From the human T2T-CHM13v2.0 reference genome, Homo sapiens: a stretch of DNA of 64,000 bases. Under the pieces are notes generated by a model. That model saw only the letters and a program-made list of their open reading frames with translations, did no database searches and was not told the origin of the DNA. The stretch lies in the NCBI RefSeq assembly GCF_009914755.1, contig NC_060942.1; one strand, given 5' to 3'. Shown here one piece after another: positions 1 to 14,730 of this stretch. Position numbers and translations under genes: made by a program. Each line of letters opens with the position of its first letter. Position 1 is the stretch's first letter.

Positions 1-315
1 TAATCAAAACAAGCAGGGGCTTGTGTGGTGTGGTGGTCAGGGGCTTACTGTATGTATGTGAGCCTCCAACATGCAAATGGGTACTGATAAAAACTACACA
101 GTGTTAAAAGGATCCACATGAGTGATGCATATAAAGCACTCAGCTCCGTGTTTGGCAATAGGTAAGAATTCAAGAAAAGTTGGATGCTATTAATAATAGT
201 AGTAGTTGTTGTTATTGTCATTGCTGTAATAGTAGCTAGGACCCCAGAAATTCCACCACTCATGCAAGTGCCCATGTGCAAGACAGTCCCCTCAGCAGTC
301 CTGAGAACAGCAACC

Positions 316-396
316 TTTCCCTCTTTCTCCTCTTCCTCTTCCTCCTCTTCTTCCTCCTCTTCTTCCTCCTTTTTTTCCTCCTCCTCCCACCCCCTC
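316..396. repeat. Polypyrimidine (TCC/TCT)n tract
   Basis: Essentially pure C/T sequence; source of the poly-E and poly-S ORFs. Confidence 0.9.
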
Positions 397-685
397 CCGC
401 TGACATTCTCTCTACCCCATTGCTCACTGACTACCTGAGAGCAAATACGTGGGGACAGCACAGGCTCAGTCATCACCTGAGGCTGACCACCTGGTCCCAG
501 GGATTAAAAACCACAACGTGCAACTCCCATTCCCTCCCTGGGTCACATCATACATAAGGCACTGTCCTACATGCAGCTCATTAGGTGCTGGAAGAAAAGG
601 AAGAAGGGGACAAACTTAGGGTAAACAAGACTGAATTTTTGGAGGGGATGCCTGCCATTGACACTTCTTTAAAAATATAGACTTT

Positions 686-1900
<1,215 letters not shown>

Positions 1901-2761
1901 AAGTAGCATATCTTTAAATGAACACTAGCATCTTTTAAATTCTGCTCCACTACTAGACAACCATGAAAATGAATAATCTCCAAAAATGTCTGTGATGTAT
2001 CATTAAGTGACATAAGCAGGGCGCAGGCTGATATGTAGAATGTGACTCCATTGGTGAGAATTGTATATGTGCATATGTAGAGGCAGAAGCCAATTCAGAA
2101 AGGGGACATATCTGAGTCTCCAGCATGCTCACCTCTGGGGAGTGAAGTTGGAGGGCATAATTTAAATGATGAGGTTAGCGCTAATTTTTACTTTTGATAC
2201 CATTTTTCAATATTTTTAAAATTCAAGAAAAAGATCTGTATAAGTAAAATAAAATCACTCACCATTCCATTATCTAAGGCTGGCAGCCAGACTCTGTCAT
2301 TCTTGTTATTTCCCAGCATGCGCTCCTGCTCTGGAATTACCTCGGGCAGGGCCTCTGGGACAAGTCTCCCGGGCACTGTAATTTCCCTGGCTGCAGTGTG
2401 TCATTAGAAGATTTGGTGCTGATGACACGACGCCCATACACAGTGAACATTACAGCCCCGGTTGGGACAGGACAGCTTGGCCAAGGAGCAAGCCCTTCCT
2501 GCAGAGAGACCCCCAGAGTCTCGAGCTGCCTCAGTGGGATCAGGCCTTAGCGTGTTTCTGTCTCGACCTTAAGGAACAGAAGCTGGGAAAACTACTCTTT
2601 CAAGGCTGCTGGTGTCTCTAGGCTCCCCTGGAGACCCAGGGCTCAGAGCAAGGGCTGTGGAGTTAGGCAGACCTGGGCTTCGGTTCTACCACGCTTTTGC
2701 TGTGAGTCTCTCGCTGGGCCTGCAAGTCTTCACCTGTAAAATGAGCTAATGAGAGCGCTTA

Positions 2762-2959
<198 letters not shown>

Positions 2960-3157
2960 GTACCTTGCAGAGAGTGCCTGGCACATACTTAGCCCTAAGT
3001 AAACGCAGGTTTTTGTTATTATTATTGTGGGTGTAGTTGTCGCTATTACCACCACCCTAAGAGGTAAAGTTTTGCATTCACCTTTTGGGAGAAAAGAATA
3101 TAATAATGTGCTTTTTATTTTCACTAGTGTTATAAAGTAAGTACATACCCACTTTTC

Positions 3158-3440
3158 TTTTCTTTTTTTTTTTTGGAGATGGAGTCTCGCTCTGTCCCCT
3201 AAGCTGGAGTGCAGTGGTGCAATCTCGCTCACTGAAGCCTCTGCCTCCCAGGTTCAAGCAATTCTCCTGCCTCAGCTTCCCGAGTATTTGGGACTACAGG
3301 TGCACACCAGCTAATTTTTAATAGAGGCTGGGTTTCACCATGTTGCCTAGGCTGGTTTCAAACTCCTGAGCTCAGGCAAGCCGCCCACCTCGGCTTCCCA
3401 AAGTGCTAGGATTACAGGCGTGAGCCACTGCACCTGGTCC
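3158..3440 (-). mobile_element. Alu with 16-bp TSD
   Basis: TSD catacccacttttctt at 3144 and 3441. Confidence 0.95.
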
Positions 3441-3472
3441 CATACCCACTTTTCTTGGGGAAAAGGGAATTT

Positions 3473-3757
3473 GGCTGAGCACAGTGGCTCATTCCTATAA
3501 TCCCAGCAAGGCAGGAGGATCACTAGAGACCAGCAGTTGGAAACCAGCCTGGGCAATGTAGCGAGTCTCCGTCTCAACAAAAAAATTAAAAAATTAGCCA
3601 GGCAGGGTGGTGCTCACCTTTAGTTCCAGCTATTTGGGAGGCTGAGGGCAGGAAGATCATTTGAGCCCAGGAGTTCAAGGCTATGATCATGCCACTGCAC
3701 TACAGCCTGAGCAACAGAGACCCTGTCTCTAAAAAAAAAGAAAAAAGATAAAAAAAA
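3473..3757 (+). mobile_element. Diverged AluJ-like element
   Basis: gatcatttgagcccaggagttcaaggct and gagaccctgtctct are J-type features. Confidence 0.88.
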
Positions 3758-3804
3758 GGAATTCACCTGGAACTTAAATTCATATATTTTAGTTGAAAAG
3801 TTAA

Positions 3805-3990
3805 ATAGTCATTCAACATTGATCCATCCAATATCGGTTGAGTGCCTTCTATCCCTTCTATGTGCTGGGCATTGTTCTAGATTCTGGGGTTATGGCAGTG
3901 ACCAGAGCAAAGTCCCTGCTGTCACAGAGCTCACACTCTACTAGGGGCCTCTGATAATAGTCAAGCCAACAAACAGATATATAATAAAAT
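3805..3990 (-). mobile_element. L2 3' fragment
   Basis: ttgagtgccttcta...tgtgctgggcattgttctag...agtccctgctgtcacagagctcacactcta resembles the L2 3' end. Confidence 0.55.
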
Positions 3991-4000
3991 GTCAAACATA

Positions 4001-4295
<295 letters not shown>

Positions 4296-4869
4296 GGCAA
4301 ATGTGTATATAATACAGTAAGTATAATGTCAACCACCAATATGAAGAAAAATCAAGCAGGATAGGCAAGAGGAGCTGGGAACGTGGTCTGATGACTCTAA
4401 TCAATGTGTTCACTGGAGCCGGAGCTCTGCTCTGAGCCTCTCTCTCCTTGCCCAGAGGGTACTGGCTTTGGCCAGGTTAAAGTGGCCCCTGGCCTCAACC
4501 AGATGAGGTTGAGGAGAAGGTGAAGAGCCGTTTCAAAGACTACGTAGCTGAGGAGCAGGCAAGGGCAGGGTTTCATCAGAGAGGAGCCCTGGACCAGGTG
4601 GGAGACTGTGCCCTTGGAGGACACCTGGTGGCAGTCCCTCATGGGGCACCACTGGAGAGGCACTTCATGCCAATTACAGCAGGTATTTACTCATCACCTA
4701 CTACGAGCCCAGTGCTGGGCTTTGTACTGTGACTGTGAAAGGATTCAAGTAAGCATGAGGGCTGGGCTCGTGCCTGACCTCAAGGAGCTCCCAGACGCTG
4801 GAGATACAAGACCCACCTCCATAAAAGAAAGAAGCAAGCCAGATTCTGCAAGGGACTGAGTGTGGGGCA

Positions 4870-5046
4870 CAGGTCACATAATCATCTGGATAGGCAAACC
4901 TCCAAATCTCAGCCACAAAGAAAAAGTTCCACATTCAAACAAAGTCTGCAGCGGGCCCAGGGGCTCTCCAGAGCAGCCATTCAGGATCCGAACGCTTTTC
5001 CATCTTCTGTCTCCATCATCCTAAAACATATCTTCCAGGTCCCTGT

Positions 5047-5077
<31 letters not shown>

Positions 5078-5210
5078 CTGGGTCACCCTGCACCAATTTT
5101 TCAATGCTTTAGCTTGGAAGTGACACATGGCACTTCTCACAGCCCATTGGCCAGAACTGGTCACATGGTCCCAAACAAACTGCAAGGGAGGCTGGGAAAT
5201 GAGGGAAATG
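4870..5210. mobile_element. MLT1-type MaLR LTR fragment containing (AG)n at ~5050-5077
   Basis: cacttctcacagcccattggccagaactggtcacatggtccc...ctgcaagggaggctgggaaatg is typical MLT1-like sequence. Confidence 0.6.
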
Positions 5211-7369
5211 CATAAGTATTCCCTGGGAATGAAATGTCTCGACCCCAGGTCACTCATTACTGCTGGGATCTGGGCAGGCAGAGTGCAAGACCTGGAGTTT
5301 GAAATGGGCATGGGACAGAGTGGTGAGCACCAGGCTTTGGACAAAAGAGCCCTGGGTTAGGCTTAAGGAAAACTGCTCGGCCACCTCTTGGCTGGGTGAC
5401 TTGTGTAAGTCGCTCATCTCTTTTAGCCTCAGTTTCTTCTAAAATGGGGGTAGTCAGAGCTCCCATCCAGAATCATTAGAGGAACGTGTATCAAAGGGCA
5501 GTCTACACTGCGGAGAATGGATTCAATACAGTTGTCTATGACACATCTCTATTTTCTTTAAGGTTCAAAGCAGTCCTAATATACACACTCTATTTCTGTC
5601 CCCAGCGCTTCTGTGTCCCACTGATCTTACACTTTTCCACTAAAATGCCCACTGCAGAAGAGAAACTGCCAGGGCCTGGGGCCACCACCTAAAGCAACAT
5701 CAAGGGCAACCACGTGTCCTTGAAGTGTCTTGTTTTTTCTCAACAATTCAGGTCAAGTTTGCATTCTACTACGTAAGATATAAGGGCTTATGGTAGAAAC
5801 AATTGTATTCCTTCTCCCCCTAAGCTTCCACTAAAATGGCAGCTCCAGGCAGCTCCAGGCTTAGCAAGAGCTTCCCCTGGCACCTGGGCACATGTCCATG
5901 GCAGACTCTGCCTCTCAAATCCCCAGGAAGGCGGGCACAGGCTCCCTAGGAAGAGGCTCCCAGCTCTCCCAGGTCTCCGTGGCTCTCATAGCTGTTTAAA
6001 TGGACCCTGCAGTGGGCCACCCCCGACCCAGGCAGCGCGTCCCTGCCCAGCCTCTCACCCCCAGCCCAGCCAGGAAATTGTCCCTGAATTAATCAAAGCA
6101 CTTGCACTAGTCCCAACTCACCAGAGTCCTCCTCCAGCGGCCACTTTGTGTTGGGTAGATTAATTGCAGCTGGGGGAGGGGAGGGAATCCATTTTTAGAA
6201 AATCATTACTTTCAGAAAGAGAGCGGGGTTCTTCTGGCTGAGGGAAAACTGCTGAGCTAGCAGCTCGGGCCTCCTGCTTGAGAGCCGCCAGGAAACCAGG
6301 GACTGTGCGGGCTGCTCCTGGCTCCAAGGGTGGCAGCCTGGGCCCACGCACCCCTCCTCCTGAGGCCAGGACACCCCAACCCTGCAGCCCTGGCTGCTGG
6401 TGGTCTTTGCTTCCTGCCCTGGCCTGGACTCAGCAGTTGGATGACATTTTGAGCAGGAAGGAATCGCCTCAATATTGGCCACCCCCCTACTATCCATGGA
6501 CTGGCTTTCCAACTGTCTTCTCTCACTTGCTGCAAAATCCACCACCCAGAGGGCACCACCAGCCTCTGACTGCAGCTGCGGGATGAAAAGAAGGGTGGGG
6601 ACCCCTGATTACGGCTGGCTGCCTTGGATTAAGTATCTCATAAAGTATCTGAAATTGCCATTATTGTGGGTCAACATGATCAGATATTAGCAATCCCACG
6701 TGGTTCAACCTAATTAGCATATGGTCAGCTCTTCACATGAATTTTCTCCCCAGTCCCGATTTTAGCCTCATGAAAGTATAATACACACTTTGTGCTTTGG
6801 AAATTGAGGTTCAGAGAGGTTGTGACTTGCCCAAGTGAGTGCTCAAACCCAGATCTGTCTGACCCCCAAACCGGTGACTGTGAGCCACATCCTATTTCAC
6901 ATCAGGCCCCCACCTTGCCTGCCCCCAGCACACCCTCAGGGACAATCAGGAGTTGCTCATTGAGGGCACACCGGCTGAGCTGACAAACAGGTCCTTTGCA
7001 GGCTGCTGAGTGTTGGGAGCTTAATAGACCCAGCGAGAAGTCATCGCTTGCTATAGGTTTGGGTGCAAATCCAGCTTCCATCACAGGCTGTGCATAGGTG
7101 GTCCCGGGCAAATCACTCACCCATTGGAGGGTCAGGCCCTTCCTGAATCAGGGAAGGCCTGCCCACGTCCTCTGCGGCGTGGGGGCACAGGCAGCATGAC
7201 CCTTGGTATGCACTGACAAGTACAAATGGCAGGTGTTGTTTCTGTTGCTCAGCAGTCAGATCAGCTTGGTCCTTCCAAACCAGAACTTGTTTTAGAAAAA
7301 ACATATACCCAACTCCTTGAGCCAGGCCTGCCCAGAGAGATTAGATAACACAGAAGTGATGAAATCTGA

Positions 7370-7550
7370 TGCTATCGCTTAACAGCTGGGAGACTGTGGG
7401 CAATTCTTTGAACCTATTTATCTGTAGAATGGGAGTGATGATCATGGTATCCACTCGCAGAGTGGCTGTGAGGATCATATGGGACAATCCCAGTGTAAAG
7501 TGCTTAGAACACTGCCTAGCACAGAGTCAGGACATACTCAGTGTTGCCTC
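7370..7550. mobile_element. MIR fragment (similar fragments near 60-170, 5340-5500, 6790-6870, 9260-9440, 19040-19230, 22980-23080, 57930-58165)
   Basis: MIR core-like motifs (atctgtagaatggg...gtgaggat...gtaaagtgcttagaacactgcct). Confidence 0.6.
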
Positions 7551-7760
7551 TTGATGATGAAGATGATGACAATTATTCCCAGCCCAAGCTAAGCCCACAA
7601 ATATGCCTCGTTCATGAGACAAGTCCTGTCTGAGTACCACACCAGGAATTGTCAGGGCAGTGAATCCTAACTGAGACTCCAGTTGAGACCCCAGGGTGCC
7701 AAGAGCTTATAGTTCAGCAGAAGAGAGAATCTTACACTATTGAACATTCTTCAGGACAAA

Positions 7761-8125
<365 letters not shown>

Positions 8126-9664
8126 TAAGGAGGAGATAGCTAATTGAAGTGGCTGCAAAGCACTTGCTGCAGAAGCGCATGAGCACGGCGGGCCTGCAGC
8201 ACAGTGCATCCCCCTGCATGCCTGGAACAAAAGGTTTCTGTGCGTGGAGGGCTGGGGACTCAGGGGAGAGGTTGGCAGAGGTGGATGCTGAAGGGCTACT
8301 TTCACCAGAGGTAAGGGAGACCCAGGGAAAACTTACAGGCCCTGAAATAAGTCATGCTAGTGGGGGTAGAGAAAACAGAACTCTGAGAGAGATATTTGCA
8401 TTTTATAATTATTGATCGGGTGAAACAGGATGGAGGGAATTTGTTTTTTTTCATTATGGGGGACAGGGGCAAGGATGGGGAATCCAGGTTTCTGGTTGGG
8501 ACAGCTGAGGCATCTACAGGTCTGAGGGAGACAGAACCACCAGAGTGATGCTGTCATCCAGGGAGAGGGTGTAGCCTGAGCAGAGCCTGAGATCGAATTA
8601 TATAAGATACCCTGAAATTTAAGGGGCAAACTGAAAGGAAGGAGTACCAAGAGGCAGGAAAACTTCCTTCCAATGGGGTACCTTCTCCCCCTACTCTGCT
8701 AATCTCAATGCCATCTGAGCTGAAAGTCCCACCTCCTCTGCAAGCACCTGTGGCCCCAAGACCAGGCCTCCTCCTGGGTCCTCGCCTTTTCTTCTGCCTG
8801 CTCTGTTGCTGATCATCTCAGGTGTGGCGTCTTGTCCCCCAGCATCACTCACAGGCACCGTCCAGGTCCACGTTACCTCCGTGCCCGCTGCGGCACATTG
8901 AAGGTGCTCAGGAGATGACTGTGGGTGACGGGCTTGCCGGCAAAAAGAGGGAAGTGTCAGAAACCAGCAAATGCCAGACTCCTCCTAAGCACTCCTCTTT
9001 CCCCACCACCCGGAATCAGCCATGCTGCCAGAACCCACACACCTCCACCCCTGTTCCAGCCTCTCCTTCCTCCAGAAGCCACAGCTTCTGCCTCCCAAAT
9101 CCAGAGGCCTTGCGCAAGTGGTCAGGAGGAAACGTGGCGGACCACCCTCCCACCTTCTCTCCATTTCAGGGAGTTGTGGGACTGGAGCCACACAGGATCC
9201 TACCAAATAAACATCTCAACAGGGCGTGGACCAAGCAGGAAGAACCACTCAGCCCGGAGTCAGATCCTGATCTCCCTAACCACTTACTATCTCACTGTGT
9301 GACCTTGAGCCAGTCATTTCACCTCTCAAAGCCTCCATTTTTGCAGCGTGTCCTAATGAAGATGAAATGAGAATTCCCTCAAACGCCTGAACATTATGCC
9401 TGGCACCTAGTGAAGCATTCAGTAAATGGTAGCTACAATTATTAAAGAGCTTCCGGGCATGCCGACGCAATTTAGAGCAAACTAAAATAACTTTGACAGC
9501 CCCCAGTGAAACACCTTCCCTCCCTGCCCCTCCTCCGCCGCTACCACCCTAGAGTTAATTAGAACCCTCCTTGGGTGTTTTCTAGAGATGAGATTTTGCA
9601 CTTATTCTGGGTTACAGAACTACGATGTAAGCAAGTTTCAGTTCAATGATAAAAAGCAAAAAGC

Positions 9665-9961
9665 GACCAGGCGTGGTGGCTCACACCTGTAATCCCAACA
9701 CTTTGGGAAAGGCCGAGGCGGGTGGATCACCTAAGGTCAGGAGTTCAAGACCAGCCTGGCCAACGTGATGAAACCCCATCTCTGTTAAAAATACAAAAAA
9801 TTAGCCGGGTGTGGTAGTGTGTTCCTGTAATCCCAGTTACTCAGGAGGCTGAGGCAGCAAAATTGCCTGAACCCGGGAGGCAGAGGCTGCAGTGAGCCGA
9901 GATCACTGCACTCTAGCCTGGGCGACAAAGCGAGATTCCATCTCAAAAAAAACAAAAAAAA
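9665..9961 (+). mobile_element. AluS-like element
   Basis: Full dimer with A tail, flanked by aaaaagcaaaaag-like duplication. Confidence 0.95.
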
Positions 9962-11134
9962 GCAAAAGCTACTTTTAGAGGTAGTAAGCTCCCTATCACA
10001 TGTAAACAAGTTGGCCAGGATGACCACTTGGCATTAATGCCCTGGAGCATAAATCAGCAATCAACATGTATTAATATTTCTTGCTAACCAATTGTACTGT
10101 CATTCCCTTTAATGAAGTGGTGGCGCCAGTAGGCTGTAGCGCTTTTGGTCATTTTTTGGCAAAATAGAAAGTTGGCTGTCCTACATTGGCCTTCCAAAAA
10201 GCTTTCATGAAATTGTACAGGCTTATGATATTCAAATCTTAACCCCCACTTCAAAAGGACCCCCTTCCTGGATATAAGGTTCAAAACCCCTTACATAGAC
10301 ACCTGCACAGCCGTTTGTTTGGTACCCAATTTAGACCATCTCTTGTGCAAGATTTCCCAAATCTAAAACATGGCTCAGATCACGGTTCAGCAGCGAACCA
10401 AGGCAGGCTGATGCAAAGACAGCACTGAAGAGGCATTTTGACTGCAAGTGCCACCAGAGCTAGGCTGGGGAAGGGGACTAGTGAACTGTCACTTAAGTCC
10501 CAGCAGACAAGGGACGATATTGCAGAGTGGAACTTGTACTCTGTGACTTCTGTGGCCCAGGACAGTATTTGGGAGGGCGCCAGGAGGTGGCCTAGTCCCT
10601 CTGAACACCACTGACATTCAACCCCCACCTTCATCACCCTTCCAGGGTCTCAGCCCCCAGGAAACTTCTCCTGGAATCCAGTCTAGCAGGGGTACAGTAG
10701 GCTTAGGATTTAATACCAAGTGAGGAGTTGGCAAGAACCAGATGGACCCAGGTTCTTGGGGCTAAACTTCTCCATCCATCCATCCTCTAATCCTGTCTCC
10801 TTCCCATTACCCTAGATGTAATTCCCTGTCCTCAATTCTACAAGCTTTGAATTATCACCCACAGAGCTCCTGTAGGTTGTCTCCCATTACAAATTCAAGA
10901 CACAAGAAGGAGGGATGTCTGGGTGGCTGCAGGTCTTTCCAGCACTCTTGAAGACCAGGGCTGTTCTAGATGTCTCTTTTGTGGCCCACGTCTCCCATCC
11001 TCCAAGCACTGGGCTGGGAAGACGCCAACTCAACTGAATTTGGATGAATACTCACTCCTCCCCACTCCCTCCAAGCAGCAGAAGAAAAAGGAGTTGGAGG
11101 ACAACATGAAATCAAGTGTACATTTTAAAAATCG

Positions 11135-11140
11135 TTTAAT
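11135..11140 (-). terminator. Distal polyadenylation signal ATTAAA; further candidate hexamers ATTAAA 11226-11221, AATAAA 11279-11274, ATTAAA 11393-11388
   Basis: Plus-strand tttaat/tttatt hexamers. U/GU-rich sequence follows downstream on the minus strand (~11110-11085). Confidence 0.75.
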
Positions 11141-11163
11141 GGAACATAAACTCCTTTAGAAAA

Positions 11164-11345
11164 ACATTCAGCTAGGTGATAACACCCATAGAAAAAAACA
11201 CCAATCTTGTGTTTATCTTTTTTAATTTGGCATTTGTTATTTGCATTTATATTAAAGCAAAGTGCATCTTTTCTTTATTTTTCTTGTTTATACACATTGC
11301 ACAATACATAAATAATGATGCTTATAAAACGTCTTTATATTTACA
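11164..11345 (-). promoter_or_regulatory. Distal 3'UTR cluster: miR-181 site (11164-11170), miR-17/20/93/106 site (11259-11265), miR-25/32/92 site (11296-11302), Pumilio element TGTAAATA (11338-11345)
   Basis: Plus-strand ACATTCA, AAAGTGC, ATTGCAC and TATTTACA are reverse complements of the 7mer-m8 target sites and of the PUM consensus UGUAHAUA. Confidence 0.7.
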
Positions 11346-11501
11346 AGTAATAATATATTTATATATAACATAAAATACATTTTTTTCTTTAATAAATCTC
11401 AGGTTTTTTTTCAGGAGTCCTTTCTCTCTCAAAGCACTACAATGCTAAATTTCCAATGAGAATGCTTCTCTTGTTCATTTAAACCTTTGTAGTTAGAAAA
11501 A

Positions 11502-11509
11502 TAGCTTAT
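11502..11509 (-). promoter_or_regulatory. miR-21-5p 8mer seed site (ATAAGCTA)
   Basis: Plus strand TAGCTTAT. SMAD7 is an established miR-21 target. Confidence 0.85.
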
Positions 11510-12568
11510 GTTAAAGTCTAAACATGCTCATTGAGCTAAGAACAGTGTCGAAGTATCATACGAGTGTATGAGTTGTAGAAGAAATGAAAGAAGAGTTAGG
11601 TGTCAGCCTAGGATGGTACCTTGGGTTATGACGGACCAAATCCTTCTTGGAGGGAAGGGGACTGCTAAGCATGTCCCTCCCAGGGACATCCCCGCTTGCT
11701 GGCCTAATAGCAGAGCTTAACACACAGGATGGGAGCAGGCAGTGCTGAGCTGGTTTTCTAAGTCCGGGAAAAACCTGATGTCACCAGGGCAGGCAGGGGA
11801 GAGGCTGAGGGGAGAGGGCACTGGGTGAGCAATACTGTGAGGGGGCTGCCCCGGCAGCCCTTGGGAAGCCCATCTCAGGGAGATCCAGGAGCAGATGGCC
11901 AAAAAAGAAAGACGCTACAATGGCAGGGGCTGGCAGGAAGGGAATAAGACAAGGATGAAAATAATTGGTTCTGGTTCGGCCACTAGCAGGCTCGCTGCTC
12001 AGAAGCCTGTGGACAGGCCCGTGTCCTTGATGAGGGAGAGGAGGGGCAGGGGCTTTCCCAGGCTGGGGACAGAGCCGTGCTCCTGGCAGCTGCTGGGACC
12101 CCAGCCGCCAGCTTGCCCAGGTACTGCCTCTGCCCCACTGAGCGTGTCCAAGGGGCAGGAGAGACACCGCTTGGGACTGCAAACCTCTCTGCTGGGGACA
12201 TCCATAAGAGACACAAAACAAAGAGCACGTTGTCTCCCCATCTGCCGCTCCTGCACACGCGTGCACACACAGCCGCACACTCACACTCACACACACTCCT
12301 GACAAGTGAAATGATGACCGCCCCCCTTCATACACTGTGTTTGGTGGTGCTTGGATTTCTGCTTCCCCTCTTCCTATCAGGGTGTCCTGCCGATCATACC
12401 TGCCCCTTCTTCCAAAAAAACCCCCAACAATTCTTTTCATAAGCTATTTCTCAAAGAGCGAAACAAAACAGAACACAAACGAGGACGAGAAGAAGAAAAC
12501 CAACCAACAAACAAAAAAAAAACGACCAAAGAGTTTGCATGAAAAGCAAGCACTCAGGAGGAAAATAT

Positions 12569-12576
12569 TAGCAGCA
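12569..12576 (-). promoter_or_regulatory. miR-15/16/195/424/497 family 8mer seed site (TGCTGCTA)
   Basis: Plus strand TAGCAGCA, about 55 nt after the stop codon. Confidence 0.75.
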
Positions 12577-12630
12577 AAGTAGTTTGAAGTGTGGCCTGCT
12601 CAGCTCACGCTCTGTCCCCTCCGCACGCGG

Positions 12631-13169
12631 CTACCGGCTGTTGAAGATGACCTCTAGCCAGCACGGGCAGCTGCTGATGAACTGGCGGGTGTAGCACTGG
12701 CCCCAGCCCTTCACAAAGCTGATCTGCACGGTAAAGCCCGTCCACGGCTGCTGCATAAACTCGTGGTCATTGGGCCGCTGCAGGCTGTACGCCTTCTCGT
12801 AGTCGAAAGCCTTGATGGAGAAACCGGGGAACACCTTGTGTACCAACAGCGTCCTGGAGTCCGGGTTGTCCAGTGTGGCGGACTTGATGAAGATGGGGTA
12901 ACTGCTGCGGTTGTACACCCACACACCATCCACCTCCCGCGTCAGCTGGATGCCGCAGCCGATTTTGCTCCGCACCTTCTGCACCAGCTGACTCTTGTTG
13001 TCCGAATTGAGCTGTCCGAGGCAAAAGCCATTCCCCTGAGGTAGATCATAGAAGATATCCAGAGAGGGCTCCTGGACACAGTAGAGCCTCCCCACTCTCG
13101 TCTTCTCCTCCCAGTATGCCACCACGCACCAGTGTGACCGATCCCCAGGCTCCAGAAGAAGTTGGGAAT
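12631..13169 (-). CDS. SMAD7: SMAD7 coding exon 4 (539 nt), MH2 domain, ends in TAG
   Basis: Acceptor ttttctag|AT. Translates (D)SQLLLEPGDRSHWCVVAYWEEKTRVGR...SFVKGWGQCYTRQFISSCPCWLEVIFNSR*. No C-terminal SSXS, as expected for an I-Smad. 613+54+75+539=1281 nt = 426 aa plus stop. Confidence 0.99.
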
Positions 13170-14730
13170 CTAGAAAACACATTGGCAGAGAGGGTTAGTG
13201 GGGACAGGCATTGGTGACTCCTAGAATGAAGACACCCGCCCCCCCACTGCACCCAGTCACCAGCTCATCTCTCAGGACGAGACAGAAAGAAGGAGGCGGT
13301 GAGGCTAGTCCTGGACTTGCCCAGGCTCTTACAGCCCTTTGACCAGGACCCTGCCTTTCTTTAAGCATAGGAAGCGCTGGGTGCTGCTTCTCTCCAGGCC
13401 CCTGCCCATCAGGAGTCCAGTACACCAGCATCTGTGCCCACCTGGCCAACAAAGCCTCTTCTCTGCAGAGCACAGATGCAAAGGGACCCTTAATAGCTTG
13501 GGTAGTCTGCTTTTAGGGCCTCAAAAAGCCTCAGCAACGTCCTGGAGTTACAGATCTTTCAACTGGATGGAACCTTGAAGGCCAGCTCCTCCAGCCCCTT
13601 GTCATCCTGATGAGAAAACCAGGACCCAGAAAGCCTGCTGCTGGAGTACCAGGGGATGACACAGCCAGAGCTAGAACCCAGGTGTCTAGACTCCGGGACC
13701 ACCTATGGGATGGTCTCTGGGTGCCTGTCACCCAGCTCTCAAATCAGTGCCGTGGTCATGAGGGACCTCTCTATCTGGTAAAAATAAAAATGAGGGTGGC
13801 TTGGGACAAAAACATCTATATTCCTAATAGGAAAACAGTCTCAGTGTGTCAGCAGCAGCCCTGTACACAAAGGGTGAATTCATGTCAAAATGCCAAATCA
13901 CAACATGCAGACCGGTATTAACCCGGGCTACCTTAACAAAGCTTCCTCCAGCCCAGACAGAAGATTATGTGTCTCAAATAGATGCGTCCCCCTTCTCCCC
14001 TTCTCTGCCGGCACCCCCATCCCCAGGGGTGCCCCCTCTCTCCCCTCCTTCCACAGAAGCATCTGGAGCCTGCAGGGCGCCCTGCTCCGCCCTCATCCCT
14101 CCCCTGCAGGCCCCGCCCCGCTTCCCTACACAGTCTTCCCACAGGCAGCCTGGGGGCCGGGGTGATTCTGGTAAGGTAATTTTCCTCAACAGGCACTTGG
14201 AGGACTTTAAAAGGGGGGTCACACGGAGGGAAAGGGAGCCCCGGCGGCGGGCATTCTGACTCCTCCTTAAGTAGGAGCCAGCGGGCAGGCCTCAGACTTG
14301 GGACCATAAATCTCCCCAGCCCAGCCAGACTGCAGGAACGCTGTGGTTTGTGGCAGCAGGGTGGAGACCGGAAGTCTTGTATTTGTTAACAAAAATGGGG
14401 ACAGCAGAGGGGGAAAAGCAGAGGGGAAGGGCCCCACGTCGGTCAGGGCCTTGCCCTCGCTCCCTGCAGCCCCAGCTCCTCCTCTTGGGGACCTGGGGGG
14501 CACAAAGCAGGGGTTGAGTGTGAGATGTGTTTTGGTGTGGCCTTTGTGTTTCTGGAGTAACTGGGTTCAGAGTCAATGATGATGGGTTGCACCCTGCAGG
14601 GGGTCCATGGCGGAAGATGGGGCCGCATCCTGCTGCCCCAGCAGGCTGGGTAACTGGGGCAGCCCAGGACACTAACTGGCTCCAACTTTTACAGGCGTGT
14701 TAGGACCTGGGAACCCACTGGCTCCACTCA

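Larger units (their letters stand above)
11113..12630 (-). other. SMAD7: SMAD7 3'UTR (~1.5 kb; 3' end approximate)
   Basis: Follows the stop codon, has no interspersed repeats, has an AU-rich distal part, and ends about 20 nt after ATTAAA at 11140-11135. Confidence 0.85.

Noticed and set aside
45-557. ORFs with poly-E, poly-S or poly-F/L
   Set aside because: Translations of a (TCC/TCT)n tract and MIR-like sequence; no domain or gene structure.
8822-9370. 182-aa ORF downstream of SMAD7
   Set aside because: GTG start, Pro/Ser-rich, ends in MIR-derived sequence; no evidence of coding.
13170-13182. MCFL start of ORF 12631..13182
   Set aside because: Intronic read-through of the exon-4 acceptor; the real exon starts at 13169.
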